Below are positions 38,413-49,895 of a stretch of 64,000 bases of DNA, one piece after another. The translations under genes and the position numbers were made by a program. The stretch is from the NCBI GenBank assembly GCA_964016885.1, contig OZ024741.1, positions 132,990,001 to 133,054,000 of the forward strand, in the 5' to 3' direction. The notes under the pieces are model-generated. The model did not search any database. It was not told where the DNA came from and was given only the letters and a program-made list of their open reading frames with translations. The DNA is from Eledone cirrhosa. Its lineage: Eukaryota. How positions within the stretch are numbered: position 1 is the first letter of the stretch; the number at the start of each line of letters is the position of its first letter.

Positions 38413-40374
38413 GCATGTTATTTGGCGTTGTTGAAAAGAGCAGTGGCCTTTGACCTGGCAATAAAAGGTTTTGCTATGAGGTATTTTATTTAGCAAGGTA
38501 CTATTTTCCCCCTGAGTTTGTGATTTCAGAGAAAGGTAAGAAATTCTTCATATTTTGCATCTTTTGTATTTTGACTTTACAGTTTCAATTGTAGAATTGT
38601 CTATCCACTCAAAATATTACAACAGCTAACAGTGAAATATAGAATTTAAAAAAAAAGAAGCTTTTTCAACTGAGATCAAATCTTTAAGAACATTCATGTC
38701 TATTTTTCAAAAATATATAATTTGAAATAGTTTGCTTTTGTTTTGGACTGAAACTTTTTTGTATTTAATTTGTACGAGTATTTTTTTAAAGATTCTAACA
38801 TAACTTGATTTGGCCCAGTAATCTACTGATTTCAAAATCAGTAGTATATTGAAAAATGGAAAAATAGGGAAGGGGGGCGTTTTGTGATTTGGTCGAAATG
38901 GGTTGCGAACCTTCGATCTAAACCCTTCCATCATAAATAGGGGGTTCAGCTTATATTCAGATTGGCTTATATTCGAGTATATATGGTAATCTAAAAACCT
39001 TCAATCATAATTTTATGTAAGGAACATATTATAGTTTTAGAGATATCAAATTAATATGAGAAGGTTAGTTATTATACCAGATCTCTCCAAATTCTTGATT
39101 ATTTTCAAAATTATTTGAAAATCAAAGGCAGTGTATATCATTGGAAGTATGGTAATGAAAGGGCTAAATCAATATGGATTATTGTAAAAAGAGAATATTC
39201 TCTAGAACAGCACTTTCCAAACATTTCACAGTAGTGAACACCTTCTATGTGTCACAAAATAATTTATTTTGTGACACATTAAGTTTTGTTAGTGACACAA
39301 AATCAATAAATATACAATTAAATATCATGTCAAGTGTCACCAATAAGATATCCAGTTGTGCACAGAGTTATCAAATCTCAAATATATATTTCACAGCCAA
39401 ATATCTTGAAAAAATAATCGATTAGATTTAACTTTAATTTGCAACACACAATTTTGCAAGCTATGTACTAGAATATTCTGATTTCATGGTGAACACATCA
39501 AGTTTGCATTGTTTTCCTGGTTAACAGAAAAAAAAACAGTATCTTAAACATATTTCTCAAGTAAAATCTTCAAACAATAATGTGTAGCTGGAAACAGCAT
39601 CAACAGGACCAGTTATAATATACCTGTAAAAGAGATATATCAAGAAAAACCTGCAGATAAGTAGTTAATCTCAATTAAAAAACACTGGATTGTCTTATGC
39701 AAAAAATAATCCAGGATTGAAATACATGGAAGATCGTATTATTGCACACCTGCAAATCTCATGCCAAAATAAGCCCCCACCTAAAAAAATACTAATCATA
39801 ATGATTAGAAACTAAATTATTTCCATACAAAAAGATTTTTTTTTTAAATACAAAACAATTATAATTATAAAATGTATGTGTTTGTGTAAACACATGCACA
39901 TGCATCCATAAATTCAAACAAACATTTAATAAGATGGTGTACCATTGGCAGTAAACTTTGTGACTTTCCAGAATTCCAACATAAATGCCTTCCAGTAAAA
40001 GAACAGTAGTAAGAAGGAGAAAATAAAAGAAATCCATTAAGTTAACCAAACTGGGAAACCACAAGCCATTCATTCAAGCAAATATTCCAGATAAAATCCA
40101 GAATTCAAAAAAGATTTGAAGATCGAAAAGTATTAGGGAGTTTAGAAAATGCAAGATTCTTGTTAAAAAATTCACCTGACCTTTTAGCTTTATGCAGTGG
40201 TGTTTCTTCAAAGTTTGACTTTTTGTGGTTTCTGCCAGTTTGAATAAGGAAAAAAATCAATATTTTTTAATAAGAAAAAAAAATTAAATTAAATAATAAG
40301 CACAAACAAAAATTCATAATGACAACATTGAAGCTTCAAGAAAAATTAAACAAAAGCTGTAAAAGAAGCACTAA

Positions 40375-41545
40375 TATGATCCTAGCTTAAATACAACATA
40401 TAGTAAGTTTAGCCTAGCTTAAATACAATGTATAGTAAGTTGATCTTAGCTTAAATACAACTGTGGTAAAGTGATCATAGCTTATGGTAAAGTGATCATA
40501 GCTTATGGTAAGGTGAACCTAGCTTTAATACAATATATACTAAGGTGATCATAGCTTAAATACAATATGCGGTAGGTGGTCATAGCTTAAATACAATATA
40601 CGGTAGGTGGTCATAGCTTAAATACAATATACGGTAGGTGGTCATAGCTTAAATACAATATGCGGTAGGTGGTCATAGCTTAAATACAATATGTGGTAGG
40701 TGGTCATAGCTTAAATACAATATGCAGTAGGTGGTCATAGCTTAAATACAATATGTGGTAGGTGGTCATCGCTTAAATACAATATACGGAAGGTGATCAT
40801 CACTTAAATACAATATCTGGTAGGTGATCATAACTTAAATACAATATATATGGTTGATGATCCTAGCTTAAATAGAATGTATGCTGAGGTGATCATAGCT
40901 TAAATACAATATATATGGTAGATGATTCTAGCTTAAATACAACCTATTGTAAGGTGATTATAACTTAAATACAAAATGTGGTATGTGATCATAGCTTAAA
41001 TATAACATATATGGTAGATGATCCAAGCTTAACTATATGGTAAGGCTTAAATATAACATGATAATCAAAGCTTAAATACAACATACATGGTAGATGATCT
41101 TAGCTTAAATATAATATATCATAAGGTGAACTTAGCTTAATTACAATATGTGGTAGATGATCATTACTTAAATATAATATATGCTAAAGTAATCATAGCT
41201 TAAATACAATGTATCGTAAAGTGAATCTAGCTTAAATATAATATATCATAAGGTGATCATAGCTTAACTATATGATAAACTTATCATAGTTTAAATATAA
41301 TTGTTTCTACTTTTGGCACAAGGCCAGCAATTACCCAGTGCATTACTGGTACTTTATTTTATCGACCCCGTAAGGATGAAAGGCAAAGTTAACCTCGGCG
41401 GGATTTGAACTCAGAATGGCAAGGACCGTAACTCTATGCGTCAAAGCATGGCGTCCGACCCTCTACCGATACTGCCAATCCACCGCCCATAGTTTAAATA
41501 TTAAACATGGTAAGATGATCCTAGCTTAAATATAATATATGGTTG
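40375..41545. repeat. 31-34 bp minisatellite (CATAGCTTAAATACAATATGCGGTAGGTGGT), ~30 units
   Basis: Homogeneous 31-bp core at ~40550-40830, diverged flanks, interrupted by a SINE. Confidence 0.95.
41299..41487 (-). mobile_element. SINE family A, full length, 14-bp TSD, inside the minisatellite
   Basis: TSD CATAGTTTAAATAT at 41285-41298 and 41488-41501. Confidence 0.92.
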
Positions 41546-42549
41546 CATGATACTACAAACCAAATTACTGAGATAATCTCCTCATAATTAACAAGTGGGA
41601 TTCTGTTAACCTTTTCATTACCACATTTCTAATGACACTGCCTATGATTTTCAAATCCTTTTGAAAACAAACAAGAATTTGGAGAGATTTAGTAAAATAA
41701 CTAACTTTCTCACTATTAAGCTGACATTTGAAACATAAGAGGAGTCAGGATAAACATAACATAAGTTAACCACAATGAAGATAGAACATTGTAGGAGCCA
41801 GAAAAATAATGACAGATACATCTAACATCTGGGATGCAGAAATAAAGCCATGCAACAAATAACATTGGGTAAATTTATCTTAGCTTAAAAATCCTTTAGG
41901 AAATTGGCTTTATCAAATAGTGGAGCTGTGACAACAATAACAATGGCAATAGCATTGAACATATTGAATTTTTGGAGGCCAGGATTGGTATGCCATATAT
42001 ACTAAGATTATCTGAATATATGAACAATCATACAAACTGGGAAATTTGCGTTTTGATGAATTAATGGTTTGCGGAAGAGAAAGATAAGCGATTAAAGATA
42101 AGAATGATATCTTAATCATTTATTTCTCGGATATAATTACACAAATGTTCAGTATATATGTACAAATGACACACAGGATTAAACATATTAGTAACCTTGG
42201 AGAAAAATAAGAAATATATTTTAATAACTTATTACTAGGCTATATTTAGGTAAATGTTCAGCATATATGTACAAATGACATAGGATTAAATACAAGAATA
42301 ACTATTTACAAGGATAAATGTAGGGTTAGAACCCAGGACCTTGTAACTGAGAAGTGAACTTATTGTATTATTATGACTGATAGGAAATACATTGTGTGTA
42401 CGTGTGTGTAAACAGGGATACATACATAAATAAATATACAAATGTACATGGCATATTATTATAATTGATTCTGCTAATAAACTACTTCTGCAAGTGTATT
42501 TTCCTAGCTAGCTGTCCCTGTTCTATTCTCTCTGGCATCAACATAACTG

Positions 42550-43585
42550 CCCTGGATGCAGCACAGCCAACCAAATATTCACACTGAGGGCGATCTTTGA
42601 GAAATCGGAGTATTGCCATAAGGTATATTCTTGTTTTGTTGACCTTGAAAAGACATATGACCGCATTGCTCAGGACCTGCTGTGGAAGGTTCTGCAGGAG
42701 TATGGGATCCATGGTCAGCTTCTTGCTGCCCTGATGTCTCTTTATGAATGCCCAAGTATTTGTGTTCAGATAAATGGTACTAAATCGAAACCATTCAATG
42801 TGGGAGTCAGACTCCGCCAACAGTGTTACTGTCACCTCTCCTGTTCATTATTTACATAAACAGGATTGACATGTGCAGCCGGGTTGGAAGTGGTATCCTG
42901 AGTGGCAGGTGTAAAATCAGTTGACTGGAATTTGCAGATGACATAGTGTTACTTAACTTGACAGAAAGTGATCTCTGATTTGCATTTGATAGGTTTGATG
43001 CCAAATGCTGCATGGCTGGAATGAAAATCAGTGCTGCAAAAACCGAAACACTCATTCTATCAAGGAAGCGTGTACAGTGCACTCTACATGTGAATGGAGT
43101 TCCACTGAAACGGATAGAGAAGTTCAAGTATTTTGGGGCCGTGTTCACGAGTGATGAAAAGCAGAAGGTTGAATTAGGTGCAAGAATTGCAGGAGCTTGT
43201 GCAGTAATGCGCCAGTTTCAGCATTCAGTAATCAGAAGAAGGGAGGTAGGCGTAATAGCCAATCTCGCTATCTTCAATTTGGTATTCATGCCAACCCTTA
43301 CTTGGATATTGACTGAAAGAATATGATTGCGAATTCTAGCAGCCGAAATGGGGTTCCTCCAAAGGGTCTTTGGAGTAACATTACTCGATAGAGTGCGTAG
43401 TTCGTAGATCAGAGAGTCACTCCAAGTAGAGCAGTTATTTCTCCGAATTGAAAGATCACAGCTTTGATACTATGGGCATGAGGTTAGAATGTCTCAGGAA
43501 AGAATCACTGGACAGATTTTAGGGGCAAAAACCAACTGGCAGGAGACCCAGAGCAAGATGGTTGGATAACATCCAATAGCTTGGC
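42550..43585 (+). mobile_element. RTE-type LINE, RT and C-terminal relic
   Basis: Motifs STANQIFTLR, FVDLEKTYD, GVRLRQ..LSPLLFIIY, EFADDIV, GMKISAAKTE and KFKYFG, with stops and frameshifts. Confidence 0.88.
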
Positions 43586-44289
43586 TAAAGTGAAGAGAGA
43601 TGTTTGATGTAAAGAAGACGTGTCAGTGAAATGTTGCACATTTTATCAACTTAATCAACTAAAGATACCTTAAGAAGTAATCAGCAAATATCTGCCACGC
43701 TACTACTACTATAGAAATAATTAATCAGATTTCTTAATGTGATTTTTAAAATAACAGAAATAGAAATAATAGTTCTTACATTGATACAAGGCTACATATC
43801 TTTTTTTTTCTTTTTTTTTTGTGGGTGTGGATAACTGAATAAAATTCAGTTGATGACAGGGACATATTTTATCAAACCCTAGAATGATGAAAGCTCTTGA
43901 CTTAAAGGTAACACTTTAAAAAGAATAGAGAAAATTTCATGCAGCCACAAATACAGAAGACAATATTTATTTTATTAATTTATCTGGACAGGGGTGGTTA
44001 GAGCTAATCTTAAAAAGTAAAACCTCATGGAGGAGATGATAGAAGAAGGTTGTGCTGGAAAGAACACCTCTAACCCATGCAAGCATGGAAAAATGGATGT
44101 AAAATGGTGGTGATGATGATAACTGCATAAAAGTAGAGATACTAAATTACAAATTTCATTGTTTTTTTTTGTTTTTGTTTTTTTTTTGTTTTATTGGGGT
44201 TTTTTTTGTTTTTTTTTGTTTTTTTCATTATTATGACCATATTAAATTCAATTTAAAATAACTTGGAGTATGGGCAATCATCATGTACT

Positions 44290-44900
44290 GCCTCTGTGAG
44301 ATCAACTCTGACAACCTTTGCCCGTGTCTTTCTTGGTCACAGCTCCTTTCCACTGGGATTTCTTGGCACTTCTTACCTTAATGCTCACCATCCATATGCA
44401 TCATAAGGCCACACCAGTGCAGCCTTCTCTCCTGCACAATATCTCTAATTCCTCTTATATCCAGCCTCTCTCTCAGCTCATCTATGTTTTGCCTTTCACA
44501 TATATTAATGTTGCACATCCATCGAAGCATGCTTGCTTCATTTCTCTCCAGCCTTCACGTATCTTCCACATTCACTGCCCATGTCTCACTACCATGCAAC
44601 ACTGCACTTCATACACATACATTATACAGTCGGCCTTTCTCTTGTAAGAAGAAACCTTTTGCTGTCATCAGAGGTAGTAGCTCTCTGAACTTTTTCCATC
44701 TTGTTTTTACTCTAGCTATACTGCTCTCAGTGCAGCATCCTCCCCAACTAATTTTCACCTAGGTAACAGAAGTTATCAACTACTTGTATGGAGCATTCCT
44801 GGGATGGGAAAACGTTTATTTTACTTGCACTCTCACTACTAACTATCCCCTTTAGTTTGTTTCTACACCTCTTGTGTACCCACGATTTACATTGTGCACT
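44290..44900 (-). mobile_element. RTE-type LINE 3' relic (second subfamily)
   Basis: Homologous to 63290-64000, 50770-51175 and 21690-22060 (LHGSETWA...RNEASMLRWMC). Confidence 0.8.
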
Positions 44901-45404
44901 CTCAGGTCTTGAATAATGAAACAGTGCTCAATTTTTGAAAAGAACAGGACCAAATCCCTAAAGGCGATAGAATAGAGGAGTTCCAGCTGGACCTAATGGA
45001 GGAGGAACAAAAGTGACAATACGCTTGGATTTTAATGTATGCTAAGGGAAGTAACTCAGAGAAAGTCATGATAGTAATGTTGGTGGTAGTGGGGACACTT
45101 GACATTTCATTGCTCCCAAGACCATTAACTTTATTTTTCTTAAGGAAACGTTCAAATTTTAAAATTTGATAGTAGAGGAGTTCCAGCAAGATCTTGTCGA
45201 GGAGTAACAAAACCTCCAAACAGTTTAAATGCACAACAAAGGTGTCAGCAGAAGAGAACGCAAGAGTCATAACTATAACATCCCTACAACTCAATAAGGA
45301 GTTAAGGGTGCATTACATAGAAAATAAAGAGAAAGGTTCTGATATTGAGTTATAAAAGGTTTATAAACAAAAGCATTACACTGAAAGTTTAAGTGGGTAA
45401 TAGA

Positions 45405-45712
45405 AATGTTTATGTCAACATATCACTAGGGGGGGGGGGGTTTATCTCAACATTATCACTAAGTTTAGAGGGAGCTGTTCAAGTGTTTATGTCAACATTA
45501 TCATTAAGTTCAGAGAGGGGCAAATGTTTATGTCAACATTATCATTAAGTTTAGAGAGGGGCAAATGTTTATGCCAACATTATCACTAACTTTAGAGAGG
45601 GGAAAATGTTTATGTCAATATTATCATTAAGTTTAGAGGGAGGCAAATGCTTATGTCAACATAATCACTAAGTTTAGCAAGGGACAAATGTATATGTCAA
45701 CATTATCACTAA
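45405..45712. repeat. 41-bp minisatellite, ~7 units
   Basis: AAATGTTTATGTCAACATTATCATTAAGTTTAGAGAGGGGC; period 41 (45522, 45563). Confidence 0.92.
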
Positions 45713-46789
45713 AAAAATAAGAATAAGAGGAAATTGAAACAATAAAAAATATCCAACTCAAATTGAAGAAGTCATGCTCTGAGAAAATTCAATATTGATG
45801 ATACACATTGATAGAGTGAAGAAGTTATTGATTTCTGATATATTCACAAGCAAGCACTTTAAGGAGAGGTTTCTTATGATATAATCAGTCAGGATTTCTC
45901 AGAAAAATGTTCAATTTTCCTGGTAAATGAATTAATTATGCCAGTCTTATTCTTGTTTTAAAAGGACTACACCTTCAATTGTACTATTCTATTTCGTATG
46001 AAGTCTGGCCACCCTGACAAGCTAAGGGTGTTATGGTACCCATACATAACAAAAAGCACAGTCAACCCTGTAAAGTGGCCATGTTGGTGAATTGACAAAA
46101 AGCACCCAGTCTACGCTGTAAGGTGGTCATACTGGTGACATGATGAAAAAGTGCTTGGTCCACCCTGTAAGGTGGTTGTGCTGGTGACAATGAAAAAGTA
46201 CCCAGTCCAACCTGTCAGTTGGTCATTTTGGTACCACGACAAAATGCACCCAGTCCCCAACTTGAAACAGTTCTGTATGAGCAAGACTGAATTGTCTCAT
46301 AATGTGACAACCTGTCTAACCCATGCTAGCATGGAAAAATGGACGTTACATGGTGATGATGATGATGACGAATACTGATGACCTAGTTTTACTGCAAGAT
46401 GAAAATTATTATTACATTGACACTTTATTTTGATCAATTTGACATCTGCTTTGATTGGTATACCGGAACATGAAATGAAGTGTTTTTCTCAAGAACACAA
46501 CACACAACCCAATCCAGAAATTGAACCCACACCATTATGGTTTCATAAGTTCAACACCCTTACCACTAGGCCATGCACCTCCATTCCAATACCACTAGAC
46601 CATGTGTTTCCACCTTTACCACTAAGCCACATGCTTCTACAGTTGGTGGCAAATATTTAGATAGAAAAAAATTGAGAATCATTAAATAATTAACAGAAAA
46701 AAATGTTCAAGGATATTTGAGTTAGGCAGAGTAAGATAACTTTTAAGTTCAGTTGATCTAGATTGTTTAACAACTAAAAAATGGCTCAC

Positions 46790-46860
46790 CACACAGGAAC
46801 ACAAAACAGGAACTTACCTAAAGAAAAAATAAACAAGAAAAATTATTAATATATATATTT
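46790..46860 (-). other. Candidate recursive splice site 2 (junction 46818|46817) with 28-nt RS-exon
   Basis: ttaataatttttcttgtttattttttctttag|GTAAGT, AG-free for ~60 nt upstream; downstream donor GTG|gtgagc at 46790. Confidence 0.6.
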
Positions 46861-48590
46861 GATAAACAAATAGAAAACTTACATAATATCTAGGTATAAA
46901 TATGATAAAGATTGTTGTAATCTTCATGAAAAGTTCTACAATTTCTCGTTGAAAGATAAAATACTATTTATTTCATCTAAATGTAATCTGATTATAGGTG
47001 TCTTGGTTTTACTTTCTTCAGATTGTAAAACTGTACCACAGTTTCTAAAAGAGTGTACGTCCCTTTACGATCTGAGTTCAAATCCCGCCGAGGTTGACTT
47101 TGCCTTTCATCCTTACGGGGTAGATAAAAAATAAAGTACCAGTAATGCACTGGGTAATTGCTGGCCTTGTGCCTAAAGTAGAAACAATTATATTACAAAT
47201 AAGTCTGTGAGGACACAAGACCATATCTGAAGAAAGGGTAGAGAGGGGGAGGATGGAGGAAGGAGGAGGATAGAGACTGACAAAATTATGTTTAACTATA
47301 GTTACTTTTAGGTTTAGTCTTAATACACAGATGCTCTGGAAACATGGCCAAGTGTTTAAGGAGTTTGCTTTATAATCATTAGGTCCCAGGTTCAATCCCA
47401 CTGCGTAGCATTTTGGGCAAATGTCATTTACCATAGCCCTAGGTCAACCCCTGCCTTGTCAGTGAAATTGGGTAGACAGAAACTGTTAGGACGCCCATCA
47501 AATGGACAGTACCTGTAATTCAATGGGGTAGCCTTGTAACACACCGTGTCATGCTGAATTTCCCTGAGAATTACATTATGGGTACACATGTTGGTGGAAT
47601 GTTCAGCCACTTGCATGTAGATTCTATGAGCAGACTGTTCTACAGATTGAACAATAGGAAACCAACAGAGGTCCATTCCACAGAAAACAAGTAGAGACAA
47701 ACCCATTTGTTACCATCTTTCTCACAAATGACACTGCCTATTGTTTTTCAAATAAATGTAAACACTTTAAAATAAACTGCCTGGTATCATAGAACCAGGG
47801 TGGGTTTTACACAGCTTGGTATCAAAAGGGTTAGTAATAAAGCAAAATCTGAAATCCAAATTTAATCAATTGTGAATTACAAGGAAAGCCAGTGTGATGA
47901 CATATACAACATTTAATCTCTCCTGTTCTTAGTGCAACTGACCCTAAGAGATAATGACTTTATTCTCAGCTCACCAATTTGCTTGAAAGACATCAAAGAG
48001 TGCCAGGAGGCTAAACAAGGAAACCTGGAACGATGGTTAACAGATTGCATTTCATTGATTCTCATCCAGCTCTCTTTCTGCTGAAGAATAGCTTTGCTTT
48101 TCCGAAATTCCACTATTCCTTATATACCATGTTATCTCCAATCAGAACATGTAGAAGAAGCAAGCAATTCCCTTTTATATTCAATGATAATGTCTTAAAT
48201 CACAGCTTCTCAACCCATTTAGGCCAAACGCCCCCTTTCGTCCTTCGAAATCACGAAATAGGAGTGCTCTTATCTAGAAGAAAGTGGCAATTATAATTCA
48301 AAGCTTTCCAATTTTCCCTTTAATGAAACAGACAGAATAAATGTTGATATCTAATTTGATGTGCCCTCTGCTTTGTGAGCTTAGAGACCATGGAAGAGGG
48401 TTTTCATGACCATATAAGATGGTATATTTATTAGTAAGTGGTAAAATATATACAACAAATGAGTAAGTGAATTGTGGTAGATGGTTTCCAGTCCAATCAG
48501 ACTGCAACTACAAATAAAAAATTGTTAGTTTGCTTTGTAACAATAGCATATCCAAATTTTCGGATAAATCAACTAACTTTAACCTCATTT

Positions 48591-49645
48591 CAATGGAACC
48601 CTTGAGCTTCGTGGAGTCTAGCTAACTCTTTGACGTGAGGCTGAATTTTCGTAAGATGTAGTCAGAGATCTCCACATGTAATTACATTGTAGCAGTTGTG
48701 AGACTTACTGTGCATTCTGAAAACAGCACCAAAACTCCTCTCGACTAAGTATGAGCTTGGAAAAGGCAGAGCAAATCTATTAGCCTCTGCATGTAGGAGT
48801 GGAAATCGATGCTGAATTTCCTCTTGCATCCAAAAAAGGGGTTCACCTATTTTGGGAAATCTAATTTTGATCATGTCATCTGCTTGAAGTTCAATGAATT
48901 CTTCCTGAAATTTAACGTCCAAATCGTCGAGGGTAGCTATGAAGGTATCTGCTATCCACATTGGGATGTCCATCGGCAAAAGGTCAACAAACCGTTCTCT
49001 CATGTTGTCTTGTAGTGCACGGAGGTAAATGGTATAAATTTGGAGTTGGTCATTGCTTACAATTTTTTGAACATTGGCGACACTAGTAAAAATTATAGAA
49101 TTCCCGTCAACAAAGATTTCTTTCGATGACATTCAATTTGGCCAGGAATGTTTTCACAGCAGTTCTTGCTTTAAGCAAGGTCATCTTCTTCCCCTGCAAA
49201 GCCATAATGAGGCTATTGCATTTGTCGAAGATGTCGGCGAGGTAGGCGCAGTCTTGTCTCACATCGAGAGTTTTCTTGTACAGTTCTGTGTTGCCTCCTC
49301 AAAGAAACTCAATGATAGAGTCGAACAGTTCAAAGAAGTGAGTAAGGCACTTGCCCTTTGAAAGCCACCTCACTTCAGTATGCAGGAGTAACTTGACGAT
49401 TTCTTCGTCATTATCTTGGCACAGTTGCCGGAAAATTCATTCATTGAGGGAATGGCGTTGATAAAATTGATGACATTAATGGCCACCTGCAAGGACTTGC
49501 TCAGCGGCTCACTGAGTTTCTTTGCGGCCAAGTTTTGTTAATGAATGACACAATGAACGGCAAATACAGATAGATTTTCTCTCTTCAGAAGAGTGACGAA
49601 ACCCTTGTTGGCCGACCATTGCTCTTGCGTTGTCCATAACAACGA
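48591..49645 (-). pseudogene. hAT transposase relic (ZBED5/Charlie-like)
   Basis: Motifs DNARAMVG, AVHCVIH, LLLHTEVRWLSKG, FPSSYLVERSFGAV and GDL*LHLTKIQP, with multiple frameshifts. Confidence 0.88.
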
Positions 49646-49647
49646 TA

Positions 49648-49895
49648 CAGTGTGTGTTGTATGTTGACCTAGATATATGTATTACCTGCCTGTGTGTTGT
49701 ATGTAGTCCTAGATGTATGTATTACCTGCTTATGTATTGCATGTGGTCCCAGTTGTATGTATTACCTGCTTGTGTGTTGTATGTGGTCCTAGATGTATGT
49801 ATTATCTGATTATGTGTTGTATGTGGTCCTAGATGTGTGTGCTACCTGATTATGTGTTGTATGTGGTCCTAGATGTGTGTGCTACCCGCTTCTGT
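49648..49895. repeat. 40-bp minisatellite, ~6 units, inside the hAT element
   Basis: TGTGTGTTGTATGTGGTCCTAGATGTATGTATTACCTGCT; period 40. Confidence 0.92.

Larger units (their letters stand above)
34821..38915. mobile_element. Second hAT element of the same family carrying nested cargo
   Basis: Starts CAAAAGTTCTCAAC, ends GTTGCGAACCTTCG, followed by a third ATCTAAAC (38916-38923). The left arm matches 50170-50322; the right arm 38706-38915 matches 34580-34812. Confidence 0.65.
34388..39167. mobile_element. Family A TTAA MITE split by nested insertions
   Basis: The left arm 34388-34476 and the right arm ~38924-39167 reconstruct the element seen intact at 53182-53425. Confidence 0.7.

Noticed and set aside
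44902-45294. 130-aa minus-strand ORF
   Set aside because: Its end resembles a decayed LINE ORF2 C-terminus (..SSWNS..SLFK); no host-gene features.
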